Of a stretch of DNA of 64,000 bases, positions 32,702 through 43,200 are shown piece by piece. The notes beneath the pieces are model-generated. The model saw nothing but the letters and a program-made list of their open reading frames with translations. It did not search any database and was not told where the DNA came from. This stretch comes from a virus (Duplodnaviria; Caudoviricetes). Numbering within the stretch: the first letter of the stretch is position 1; each line of letters begins with the position of its first letter. The translations under genes were made by a program, and so were the position numbers. The DNA is taken from IMG/VR virus record IMGVR_UViG_3300020042_012633, positions 1 through 64,000 of that record; one strand, given 5' to 3'.

Positions 32702-35701
32702 TTATGGAGTATTGCTTTTTACTAAATTTGTATTTTTAATATTAGCAGTTGCTACAACTTTTCCATCTATGTATACTTTTGTACCTTGTTTGGCTATTGC
32801 TATTAAAGCATCTAGTTTTGCTGCTACAGCTGAAAGAGATCCTTCATCTGCTTTTCCTTTAGCTTCTCCTGCTGACTTACTCTCTCCTGCCCCAAATAGT
32901 GACGCTACCCCTCCTACTACTGCTCCTACACCTGCTATAGCTATTAAAGAAGGTATTGCTAGTGGTCCTGCAATTGCTATTGCTGCAAGTCCTGCTGCTA
33001 TTCCAAATAGAGCTGGTCCTAGAAGAAGCATTGGACCTATTCCTGCTGTTATTGCAGAGATTAAAGTAACAAATCCATCTACTATAACTGGTATTAATGT
33101 TGCTATTCCTGCAAAAACTGATGTGATAACTGTTCCAAATGCTTCTATTCCTGGTGCTGCTAGTCCTAAGGCAAATCCCAATCCTATAGCTGCTACTGTT
33201 AGAGCTGCTAAACCTATAGCTCCAAACCCTGTCATCATAGCAGCTCCAAATGAATTTAATGCTGCTCCTAATGCTGTAAGCCCTGGTCCTGCAACGTTTC
33301 CAACTGCTGCAAGTATTCCCATTGATACTGCAAAAGCTCCTAATCCTATTGCAACATTTTTCCAATCTTTAACTTTTTCAAGCTCTTGAATTGCTTTTGC
33401 AAATATGAAGATACCTACTGCTGCTATAGCCATTGCTGCTGCTGCTTTTATTAACGCTGTTGTGTTAATTTTTGAGAAACTCTCCATCATTCCACCACCT
33501 GGCTTTCCTTTTGCTGATTGGGCTAAGTCTTCTGCTTTGTCAGTTTTTCCTGATAAGTTGGTAATCATTTTTCCTTGCGGAGAGTCTTTGCTATATAATT
33601 TACCTGATTTAGATTTAACCATATCTCCAGCTCCTCCACTCTTTGCTTTGCTATAGGCATCTCCTAAACTACCTCCAAATGTTTTTAATTTTTCAAGAAT
33701 GTTGCCTGAAAATAGTGCTTTTGTTGAAGCGAGTAAATCTTTTGTGCCTTTTATGGCTGTACCGAAGAAAGATGCTACTGCCTTTCCTGCAAATGCTGCT
33801 GTAAGTGCAACTACTACCGGGAGTAATAGATACGTTTTATCTAGAAGTTTTACAACGAATCCTATTATTCCTCCTACAACTGCAAGCATTTTAGCAAGTA
33901 TGTCAACAACTGGTTCTATTACGTCCAGTAAAGGAGCAAATGCTTGAAAGATTTTATCCATTACCTTTGCCATTTTTTCTTGAACAGCCATTCTTCTCAT
34001 ATCTGAAGCCTCTACTCCTGCTGCTGCTGCAGCCTGTTCTTCAGTCATATCTAAGTCAAGAGCTTTGTTATATGCTATCTTTGCTAGTTGATCTTTGGTT
34101 AGTCCTAATGCTTTTGCATATGCATCTTGCTGAATTCTGTTCATTTTACCGAATTCTGATATAGATGATGAGTTTTTAAATATTTCATCACCTACTTCTG
34201 CTACCTTATTACTTAGTGCAAGTTCTCTAGCTTTTTCTAAGTTAAGATCCTTTCCTATTAATAGCTCTGCTTCTAGTTCGTTTGAGATTGATGATTGAAA
34301 GTCTACTAATGAGTCTGAGATGTTATCTAGATCTTTTAGTGTTAGTCCAAGTCTTGCGGCTGATGCGGCTGCTTTAACCAAAGCTGTTCCACTGTTGCCT
34401 AGTGATAGTTTCATACTATCTGATGCACTGGCTGCATCTCTAAGAGCTACTCCTTGACTTACTGCTGATCTGTTTGATTTATTAAAATTACTAACTACAG
34501 AGACCATACTAGTAGACATGCCTTTAATGTCCTTACCTCCAGTTTGTGCCATCAATGCTAGTCCTCCAGCCTCTTCAGCTGAAAGTCCCATTGTATTTTT
34601 TAACTCTGCAGCACCTGCCATTACCTTGGGACTAAATACATTTTGGGCATTTAATCCCATTTGTTTTGTTAGTTCTCCTGCTACTTTAAGAACATCCACT
34701 GTGTCTGCTAAGGCAAAGTTGGCTCCTGCCATTGCATCACCATTTTGACCTGAAAGTCTGGAAAGTTCTACACTTTCTTTGTTTACATCTAGGAATGCAT
34801 TGTAAATTTTACCCATTAAGTAAAGAGGATCTAACATTCCCTTTCCTATGGCTTTTCCTGTTAGCATTGCTCCCTTCGCTGCAAACATAAATCTTTGGCC
34901 AAACCCTAATGCTTTTCCATCATTTAGCTCAATAGCCTGTCGAACTTGGTTTCGTAGTTTATTGTCTATATCGTCTAACTGGTTTGAGATATGTCCCATT
35001 CCCATTTTAGATGCTATACTAGATGCTGCTGATAGAGCTACTCCTGTTAGTCCAAAGGTTTTTGTTACCTCTTTTTCTAACTTATACCTTTTTTCCGTTA
35101 GCTCTACAATCTTCTGGTAGGAATCTTTTTGATTCTTGTATGCTCCAATTATTTCATTTTCATCAAAGAGTTGCTTTAGTCGTAGCTGACCTACTTTTGT
35201 TCTATTTTGGAGTTCTGCTGCTTCCAGCTGTCTCTTCTCCTTTCTATTGGCAGTTAGCTTGTCCTGTATACTCATACTCCCTGCTAGGTTTTCTGCCTCT
35301 ATTCTAAAGTTTTCAAGCTTTATTCTAGCTTCTTTATTAAGCTGCTGCAATCTCCTCTCGCTTAAGGCATCTAATTCCCTCTCTTCATCTATAATCTGCT
35401 GACCTATATTAATAATGCCACTCATGGCTTTCTTAGCACGTTGAATTCCTCCATGCTGTTTTTCCATAGAATCTGCTATTGCTCGTGCAAGGTCTAAGCT
35501 ATCTCTTAGTTCAGCATTAAAGCTAGAAGCCCCTCTGGTAAGCTTATTTACCTGACCCTCCATTGCTTCTAAAAGATCTGACATACCTTTCCCAGACTTA
35601 GTTGCCTGGTCAAAAGCAGCTTTGAATGCGCTCGTATCTTTATTTAGCGCTATGAGTTTTCGTTGTAGTCTGTCAAACTCTTGTCCGTCTTGGCTTGCCA
35701 T
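32702..35701 (-). CDS. Tail tape measure protein
   Basis: 999 aa, Ala/Gly-rich helical, hydrophobic C-terminal segments, follows tube and chaperone genes. Confidence 0.88.
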   Translation of the reverse strand: MASQDGQEFDRLQRKLIALNKDTSAFKAAFDQATKSGKGMSDLLEAMEGQVNKLTRGASSFNAELRDSLDLARAIADSMEKQHGGIQRAKKAMSGIINIGQQIIDEERELDALSERRLQQLNKEARIKLENFRIEAENLAGSMSIQDKLTANRKEKRQLEAAELQNRTKVGQLRLKQLFDENEIIGAYKNQKDSYQKIVELTEKRYKLEKEVTKTFGLTGVALSAASSIASKMGMGHISNQLDDIDNKLRNQVRQAIELNDGKALGFGQRFMFAAKGAMLTGKAIGKGMLDPLYLMGKIYNAFLDVNKESVELSRLSGQNGDAMAGANFALADTVDVLKVAGELTKQMGLNAQNVFSPKVMAGAAELKNTMGLSAEEAGGLALMAQTGGKDIKGMSTSMVSVVSNFNKSNRSAVSQGVALRDAASASDSMKLSLGNSGTALVKAAASAARLGLTLKDLDNISDSLVDFQSSISNELEAELLIGKDLNLEKARELALSNKVAEVGDEIFKNSSSISEFGKMNRIQQDAYAKALGLTKDQLAKIAYNKALDLDMTEEQAAAAAGVEASDMRRMAVQEKMAKVMDKIFQAFAPLLDVIEPVVDILAKMLAVVGGIIGFVVKLLDKTYLLLPVVVALTAAFAGKAVASFFGTAIKGTKDLLASTKALFSGNILEKLKTFGGSLGDAYSKAKSGGAGDMVKSKSGKLYSKDSPQGKMITNLSGKTDKAEDLAQSAKGKPGGGMMESFSKINTTALIKAAAAMAIAAVGIFIFAKAIQELEKVKDWKNVAIGLGAFAVSMGILAAVGNVAGPGLTALGAALNSFGAAMMTGFGAIGLAALTVAAIGLGFALGLAAPGIEAFGTVITSVFAGIATLIPVIVDGFVTLISAITAGIGPMLLLGPALFGIAAGLAAIAIAGPLAIPSLIAIAGVGAVVGGVASLFGAGESKSAGEAKGKADEGSLSAVAAKLDALIAIAKQGTKVYIDGKVVATANIKNTNLVKSNTP

Positions 35702-35737
35702 TGTAGTGTATTTTTATATAAATAGGCAAAGCTTCTA

Positions 35738-35990
35738 TTATCTAGAAGCTTTTGTGCTATAATCAGGTGCTTTAATGTGTCCATTTTGCAATATACTACC
35801 TTGTCCTGATTGTTTTTCTTGTGCTTTATTTTGTTTTTCGAAATGCTCTATTAAGCTTCTATGGGTAAATCTTCTTAGCCATATAGGAAATTCGTATAAT
35901 GTTTCAAATGAATATCCTCCATTACCATGAAATACTATATCGTGAAGTTGAGCAAAAAGCGCTGCTCTATACTCCGGCGTCAGGCCAAAG
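35738..35990 (-). CDS. Tail/baseplate assembly chaperone, second part (T4 gp51-like); no ATG, possibly reached by frameshift
   Basis: LTPEYRAALFAQLHDIVFHGNGGYSFETLYEFPIWLRRF in the +1 frame overlapping the end of 35967..36707. Confidence 0.65.
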
Positions 35991-36707
35991 AAATGTAACC
36001 CCAATAGGAATATCAACCCCTCCTTCTGGTCCGTCTTCTGGGAAGAATCTTAAATCGACATCTGGTTGTACTGTTTTTATATACTCTCTTAAAGCTCTTG
36101 AATCTCTTGCAAGTAAGAAGTTGTCCACAAAATCTCTAATAGTTTTAGGTTCTGAGTTACCTTCTACTGAAGTTATCATTCTTTTTAGTCTAGTAGATAG
36201 TTCAGCTGATGAGTCTTTATTTAATCTTTTCAATCCTTTTACTTCTTGGTTAATGAGAGTTTCATCTCCATGAGTAAGTAGCTTAAATGTAATATCTGTA
36301 TTTGTGGATGGTGTTGTAAAGAAGAATTCATTTTTACCACCTTGTAATAGAGTGTAGTCAATATCTTTATTACGTATCTCTGAAAGATCTACTGTTTCTG
36401 TTTCTCCTTTATACTCAAACTCGTAATCCTTTCCATATCCTAATACTCGAGAAGCAATTAAGATTGCATTTTTATCTCCTACTAAAAGATCTCCATAATT
36501 AATTGGAGTTACAATAAGAGATTGTAATAGTTTGTCAATAACTACTCCTTGTTGAATATAATTCTGATTAGTTAGAATATCTTCTTCACGAGCTGTCATA
36601 TACTTCATTTCAATAGTACCTGCTGCTAGTGCTGAGTCTTTTGGATATAGTAATCCTTTTGATGGTAATTCTACCATTTCGGTAGGAAATTTTTGCTTTT
36701 GTTCCAT
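35967..36707 (-). CDS. Tail/baseplate hub assembly chaperone (T4 gp26-like)
   Basis: VELPSKGLLYP..MKYMTAREEDILT..GDKNAILIASRVLGYG; between tube and tape measure. Confidence 0.8.
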   Translation of the reverse strand: MEQKQKFPTEMVELPSKGLLYPKDSALAAGTIEMKYMTAREEDILTNQNYIQQGVVIDKLLQSLIVTPINYGDLLVGDKNAILIASRVLGYGKDYEFEYKGETETVDLSEIRNKDIDYTLLQGGKNEFFFTTPSTNTDITFKLLTHGDETLINQEVKGLKRLNKDSSAELSTRLKRMITSVEGNSEPKTIRDFVDNFLLARDSRALREYIKTVQPDVDLRFFPEDGPEGGVDIPIGVTFLWPDAGV

Positions 36708-36739
36708 AAATTTTATTTGTTAGTAACTTTTTCTATATA

Positions 36740-36796
36740 TAAATATACACATAAAACTTTTTTAAAACAACAAAGCCTGACGATTGCCAGGCTTGT
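36740..36796 (-). terminator. Terminator after the tube gene, adjoining a hybrid promoter
   Basis: AGCCTG-GCAATCGT-CAGGCT plus TTTGTTGTTTT; TTG-N20-TATATTTA at 36740-36770, which also contains TATTTAT. Confidence 0.75.
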
Positions 36797-36816
36797 TTAT
36801 TTTTATTTGTGTTGGA

Positions 36817-37305
36817 TCAATAATTGAGAACACAATAATCCATTGCAATTGAAATTCCTATCTCTACTACTCCATCAGCAGAAGTCCAGTCAAATTGTCC
36901 AAAATCTCCTTTTGTTAAGAAAGCTCCTTTGATAATCCATTCCCCTACGATATCTCCTACAGGACCTAGAATGTTAAGAGTTAAATCTTTTTTATAGAAA
37001 TCTGAATAACCAGCTCTACCTGTTACTGATTCGTATCCTAAACGAGCCCATTCCATTACTGCTTGTGCTCCTGAAGGTGTGATTGGTGAGTATAGGGTCA
37101 TATCCATATTTTCCCAGTTTCTTTTTCCTCTTATTTTTCTGTAAGAGTTGATGTGATCAAGTTTGATCTCTGAATCTGTGAAGTTTGGTGCTTTCACGTT
37201 TTTAATCATGAATGCTGGAATGTTGTCTATATACATTACGAACCTGTGTTGAACCATTGGTTCGAAGGCTCTGAACATTATTTCGTTTGGATCTAATACT
37301 GCCAT
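36817..37305 (-). CDS. Tail tube protein (T4 gp19-like)
   Basis: 162 aa; W..M.MTLY.PI.PSGAQAVMEW; GDIVGEWIIKGAF; follows the sheath. Confidence 0.92.
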   Translation of the reverse strand: MAVLDPNEIMFRAFEPMVQHRFVMYIDNIPAFMIKNVKAPNFTDSEIKLDHINSYRKIRGKRNWENMDMTLYSPITPSGAQAVMEWARLGYESVTGRAGYSDFYKKDLTLNILGPVGDIVGEWIIKGAFLTKGDFGQFDWTSADGVVEIGISIAMDYCVLNY

Positions 37306-37346
37306 TTTATTTTATTTATTTTATTATAAATATCTTTGTTTATAAA

Positions 37347-39452
37347 TTATGAGAAAGTAGCTCCAGTTGGTTCGATTGTGAAATCTAATACTACAAATTC
37401 AACTGTTTTAGCTGGTTGAATAAATATTTGACCTATCAATTGGTTTCTATCTACAACATCTGCTGTGTTGTTGCTATCATCCATTACTACTCTGTAAGCA
37501 TAAAGACCTTGTCTTTGTACTACTGATTCTAAGTAAGGATTTACCGTTGCTAAGAACTTGTTTCTAGTTGAGATAGTATTCTGTTCAAATACTAAGTTAC
37601 GAGCTTGATCACCAATAAATTTCTTAAGTTCGATTAACAATCTTCTTACATTTACTCTATCCAATGCTGATGCTTTGCTTTGTAGAGTTTTTTGTCCGAA
37701 TACTGAAATACCTGATCCTGGGAATGTTGCAATTGGGTTAACTTTGGCTGAGTAAAGTGTGTCTCTATCTCCTTTAGTTAGTTTTCTTTCTGCTTGAATT
37801 ACTCCTCCAATTCCTCCTCTTACAAGTCCTGCTGGTGCAAACCATGGTGCTGATGAAGCATCTGTGAATGCATATACTCCTGGAATTACTGTTCCTGCTG
37901 GAACGTACTCGTTTCTACCCGTAGCTGATTGGATTTGTAACCAAGGCCAGTAAGTTGCTGCGTATGAACTGTTCAATGTAGCTGCTTGTCCTGTTACATC
38001 ACTTACCAATGATCCTGTTTTTACTAAATCTACTACTGCAATACAATCTCCTCTACTTTCTGCTAATACAATGAAAGAGCTGATAGTAGAAGTAAATCCT
38101 GCATTATTAATTAATCCTGGTGTAGATACTATGTTGAACTGGTAGTCATCTTTGTTTGACAATAATGATAATGCAGTTGTGTAGCTTGCAGGTATTAATC
38201 CTTGCGACTCTCCTGAAGTAGTTCCAATTGCTCCAAAATAACTAGCTCCTGATTTAGGTGCTCCGGTTGCATTGTAGAATGCTCCTGATGCTATTCTTGG
38301 TATATATGTTGAGAATAGGTTACCAGCTGCATCTCTATTAACTGTTATTCCATCATTACCTAGGTAGTTTGGAGTTGATAATGCTAGCGAAGATACTCTA
38401 ATATAGTTTGATCTGTTAGGGAATGTTCCGTTTAAGTAAGTGTATGATGTTCCTGTTGAAGAATCTGTACCTACTGTTACGTATTGGTTACCAATTATTC
38501 TTTCAATGTAGTTATCTGAATTTGGATCAAGATTTACATTAAATGTTTCTAGGATTGTTTTATTATTTGTATTATCATCTCCTTGTCTTACAATTATTGT
38601 AAATGTTCCTAATGCAGTATTAGTATTTTGAATTTCCCATCTTATATTATCTACTGAACCTGATACCAATGATCCGTCTGAGTTTTGTGCTCCTGGAGAT
38701 GCTGATCCTGTTGCGTTGTTGTAAAGAACTCCTTTTCCTAGTGTTGTTAAAGTAAACGGTACTTGATCTGTACCACCTGCTAAAGTTGCTAAAGTAAAGT
38801 TTGGTGTTCCACCTGCAATAGATCCTGTTGAGAAAGTTAGTGTATTATATGGTGTTCCTCCTAATGATGCTGTTAATTGTAGTGCTGTTGCAGTACCTGA
38901 TGCTGAGACTGGTAGATAAGTTGGGTATAGGTTTATCTCGTTGACTAAATTTGTAATTGTGGCTGCTATTGTTGATCCAGTTGCAAAATAAAACACTCCG
39001 TTAGAAGGTGAATCTCCTGGTGATGATCCAGTGGCAGTAAATGTGTAAGTGGTTCCTGCATACGATATTGCATACTGTTGACCATCCGCTGATTGTGATG
39101 CAAATGTTCCTGAACCTGTTGCTTTGTTTAATCCTGTAAACAGATTAGTTGAAACTGCTCCTGTATAAGATCCTGATATAACTTTTGTTACTAAAGCTGT
39201 TTGACCACCATTTTGAAAATAGTTTTTAACTGCTACTGAAGTAAGGAATTCGTATGAAGTAGAACTTGATAAAAAGGTTTCTCCAAACTTTCTTACGTAG
39301 TCACTATAGGATGTAACGATAAGAGGCTGGTTATCCGGTCCCTTTACTGTTGGTCCAACAAATGCTGCTCCTGCCTGGATTGGTGCTGGTGTGATAAAAG
39401 AGATATCGTTTTCTCTTGTATATACTCCTGGAGAGATAATTGATTCTGCCAT
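37347..39452 (-). CDS. Contractile tail sheath protein (T4 gp18-like)
   Basis: SPGVYTREND N-terminus; PWFAPAG..RG; GQKTLQ..SALDRVNVRRL. Confidence 0.96.
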   Translation of the reverse strand: MAESIISPGVYTRENDISFITPAPIQAGAAFVGPTVKGPDNQPLIVTSYSDYVRKFGETFLSSSTSYEFLTSVAVKNYFQNGGQTALVTKVISGSYTGAVSTNLFTGLNKATGSGTFASQSADGQQYAISYAGTTYTFTATGSSPGDSPSNGVFYFATGSTIAATITNLVNEINLYPTYLPVSASGTATALQLTASLGGTPYNTLTFSTGSIAGGTPNFTLATLAGGTDQVPFTLTTLGKGVLYNNATGSASPGAQNSDGSLVSGSVDNIRWEIQNTNTALGTFTIIVRQGDDNTNNKTILETFNVNLDPNSDNYIERIIGNQYVTVGTDSSTGTSYTYLNGTFPNRSNYIRVSSLALSTPNYLGNDGITVNRDAAGNLFSTYIPRIASGAFYNATGAPKSGASYFGAIGTTSGESQGLIPASYTTALSLLSNKDDYQFNIVSTPGLINNAGFTSTISSFIVLAESRGDCIAVVDLVKTGSLVSDVTGQAATLNSSYAATYWPWLQIQSATGRNEYVPAGTVIPGVYAFTDASSAPWFAPAGLVRGGIGGVIQAERKLTKGDRDTLYSAKVNPIATFPGSGISVFGQKTLQSKASALDRVNVRRLLIELKKFIGDQARNLVFEQNTISTRNKFLATVNPYLESVVQRQGLYAYRVVMDDSNNTADVVDRNQLIGQIFIQPAKTVEFVVLDFTIEPTGATFS

Positions 39453-39480
39453 GTTTTTATAATTTGTTTTTTAATTTATT

Positions 39481-39544
39481 ATAAATATACTACGGTTTTG
39501 GGAAACCGTCCTATAGTGTTAGGTTCTATATTCTGTTATAAATA
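39481..39544 (-). promoter_or_regulatory. Tandem late-type promoter motifs for the sheath operon
   Basis: TATTTAT at 39481-39487 and 39538-39544, each preceded on the coding strand by ACGGTTT. Confidence 0.6.
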
Positions 39545-39576
39545 GTAACCAACTATCAAAACCGTTCTGCAGGTTG

Positions 39577-39828
39577 TTAGTTTAAGGGAGTAAATTCTCC
39601 TGTCTCAATATTAACTGATCCTTTTCCAAAAATGTCTTCAAGTTCCTGTGCTATGGTTTGTTGCTCCTCTAGAAGATCCTCAAAGTATTTATGTGCAGTT
39701 TGCTGTCTTTTTTTTAATTGTAATTTTAGGATTTCAATTTCTCCTAGTTCTTGTACAACTGATTGATTCTTTTGTTGAATGCTTTTAATTTGTTGTAACT
39801 GTTGTTGTGATAACTTTTTTGTTTTCAT
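39577..39828 (-). CDS. Small coiled-coil protein
   Basis: 83 aa, Q/L/E-rich, ends GSVNIETGEF. Confidence 0.75.
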   Translation of the reverse strand: MKTKKLSQQQLQQIKSIQQKNQSVVQELGEIEILKLQLKKRQQTAHKYFEDLLEEQQTIAQELEDIFGKGSVNIETGEFTPLN

Positions 39829-39872
39829 TCCTATTCCTATTGTTTAGTTTATAATATTCTTATTTTATAGAG

Positions 39873-40247
39873 CTACTCATTTATTTTAGCAATATAATCA
39901 TTAATTGCATTTATTCTTTGTGCATCAACTTCAAAACCTGTCATAGAATTTAAAGATACGATTCTTAGTACATGTTGAAAATCACTAAAGTATTGGCTAT
40001 TTGACTTTATCCATAAAGTAACAGTTACAAAATATGCAGCATCACCTTCAGGTATTTCAGGTAAAGGGATATCTGTATCATATATTATTTTATCTGAATA
40101 TACAGCTGGGATTGTTATTAGATCTAAAAAGTTTCCATTTTCATCTAATATGTTTTCTGTTCTTTCGGCTTCTAATATTTCAAATCCTTTTGGCTTTATT
40201 GGTGTCTCTGCACCATATAAATAATTTGCTAATATAAATTTTTCCAT
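39873..40247 (-). CDS. Hypothetical protein, possible tail fibre assembly chaperone
   Basis: 124 aa directly downstream of the fibre gene. Confidence 0.65.
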   Translation of the reverse strand: MEKFILANYLYGAETPIKPKGFEILEAERTENILDENGNFLDLITIPAVYSDKIIYDTDIPLPEIPEGDAAYFVTVTLWIKSNSQYFSDFQHVLRIVSLNSMTGFEVDAQRINAINDYIAKINE

Positions 40248-40251
40248 TTTT

Positions 40252-43200
40252 TTAATTATAATATTGACAATAAATTATTCCAGGTGTTCCATTACCACCA
40301 ACAAATGTTGCACTCTTTCCACCACTACCTCCTGCTCCAAAACCAGTTCCAATTGAACCTGTTTTTGAAGTAATAACGGATGGTCCACCATTACCCCATC
40401 CTTTTGGACTATTACCTCCTGCTCCTGTTGGGACGTTAATCGATACAGCACCACTACTTTGTCCGTTTTGTCCTGGTATGTTTATATCTCCATCTGTTCC
40501 AGTTCCCCCTATACCTCCTATGGACGATGCGGCACCAATTCCAAAACCTCCTCCAGTAGCTGTATAAGTAGTTAATCCAATAATTAAAGTAGTTGAAGTT
40601 CCTGCTGTTCCATTAGCTGCAGAAGCACCACCTGAACCACTTGCTCCAATGTTACAAGTATAGGTTGTACTTGCTGTCAATCCAGTTAGTTTTTCATAAA
40701 CATAGCCACCACCACCACCACCAGCGCCACTTCCTCCTGATCCATTTCCTCCTCCGCCACCACCTCCGCCTCCAACTAATTCTACAATATATACAGTTGC
40801 TGTTGTAGTATCGGCCGGTGTGGTAAATGATGTTCCTGATGTAACTATTATGTTTCCTGTTTCACCTGGTCTTACTCCGTTTACTAGTAATGACCCTGAT
40901 ACTAATAATGAACCTGTTATAACTGCTGATCCTGAGAATGGGAATCCGTTTTTGCTTTCTCCTGCATTTAGTGCATAAGAAGCAGTTGTTGCAAAAGATG
41001 AGCTAACGGCTCTTGAGGAACTTACTGCAAAAGATGCACTTACTGCAAAAGATGCACTTACTGCAAAAGATGCACTTAGTGCAGGATTAGCACTTGTAAA
41101 AATTGATCCTGTTATGTAGGAAGCTGTTCCGAATAAAGAACCTGTTATTGAACCGCTTACTTTTAATGATCCTGTTATTTGTACTTGAGATCCTGATGCA
41201 AAGATAAGGTTTGATCTAAAACCAGTAGATGTTCCGTTTCCATGAATAAAGGCCGATTGCGCTGATGATGTTATATTATATTGACCCTGTACATGTTGAA
41301 AGTCTCCTTTTGCTATTGTACCTATTCCTTCTGCGTGTGAGCCTGTTCCTAGAGCTGTATTTGGAACATTTACTGCATCGTAATAAATACTCTGTAAAGG
41401 ATTGGTAGTAAAATTAAAATATGTAGTTCCGTTAGAACCTAGATTAGGATCGTAGTTAGAAGATGATATTATTGCAGAAGCATATTGGCTAAGATTTGGT
41501 GTAATAGTAGTAGAACCACTAGTTAGTATTAATGAAGTTATTGTAAAAGGTGCTGCTGGGAATCCAGATGTTCTGTTATCGTCTGCTTCAATTATTGTTG
41601 TTGTGGCTAAATTAACAGTTGGAAGAGATATACCATTCACAACCATAGATGTTACAGTAGAAATATTCATAGATGTTCCTAAACCAACACCTCCTCCTTC
41701 TGCGTGTGAAAATTGACCTGATGCTATGTTTCCTTCTGTTCCTTGAGTAAGAGAACCTGTTATCCTTACTGGACCTGTTACTGTTAATCCTGATCCTGAT
41801 ACTAATAATGAACCTGTTATAACTGCTGATCCTGAGAATGGGAATCCGTTTTTGCTTTCTCCTGCATTTAGTGCATAAGAAGCAGTTGTTGCAAAAGATG
41901 CACTTACTGCAAAAGATGCACTTACTGCAAAAGATGCACTTACTGCAAAAGATGCACTTAGTGCAGGATTAGCACTTGTAAAAATTGATCCTGTTATAAA
42001 AGAAGCTGTTAATGCATATGAGGCACTTAAGGCAGGATTAGCACTTGTAAATATTGAACCTGTTACAAAAGAAGCTGTTAATGCATTTGATGCACTTAAT
42101 GCTCTATTTGTACTTGTAAATATTGATCCTGTTATAAAAGAAGCTGTTAATGCATTTGATGCACTTAATGCTCTATTTGTACTTGTAAATATTGATCCTG
42201 TTATAAAAGAAGCTGTTCCGAATAAAGAACCTGTTATTGAACCACTTACTCTTAATGAACCTGTTATCTGAACTTGTGAACCAGAAGTAAATATTAAATT
42301 TGATCTATTAATGTCTGATGTACCGTTTCCATGAATAAACGCTCCAGCTACTGATGATGTTATGTTGAATTGACCTTGAGCGTGTTGGTAGTTCCCTAAA
42401 GCTACTGTACCAAATCCTTCTGCGTGAGACCCTATACCTTGTGCTTTTGTTCCTACTCCCTCTACGTGTGAACCATAACCTGATGCAGTGTTTACAACTA
42501 CCCCAGTAGGATCATAATAGGTTGACTGTAGTGGTGGATTAAAAAAAAACTGAGTCAAGTCATTGAAGGCATCGTATGTTGCAGAAGTTATTATAGGAGT
42601 TGGAGGAAATTTACTGAGGTCTACTGTGTACTCGTAATTACTATTTTGTAGGTGTAAGGAATTTAATGTAAAAGGTACTACCAGACTACTACTATAATCT
42701 CCAGTTACAGTTATACTAGTGGGCTCTATATAAAGATTTATATCAGAAGTACTATTGAAGTCGAGGCCTGCAAATTCAATATAAGTAATAGTATTAAGGG
42801 GTATTGGGTTTGTAAAGTTTTCATAATTTGTTACACCTTCTGCATGTGATGCAAATCCTGATGCTATTGTGCTCTCTCCTTCTGCATGTGAAGAGGATCC
42901 TGATGCTATTGTATTTGCTCCTTCTGCATGTGAGTATTGTCCTGATGCTGATGTAAAAAATCCTTCTGCATGTGAGAATTGTCCTGATGCTATGTTTCCT
43001 GCTATTCCTTGAGTAAGAGGCCCTGTTATCTGCTGAGATCCAGAAACAATAACTGTTCCTATTAAAGTCTGAGTATCGTTGGTTGCATCTCCAAATTGAT
43101 TTGAACCTGAGGAGTATATTACCGAGGCTGATTCAAATGTTACGTTTAGGTATGCGATTGAAGCAGTTCCTGCTATTGTTAAATTTCCATTAATGGTTCC

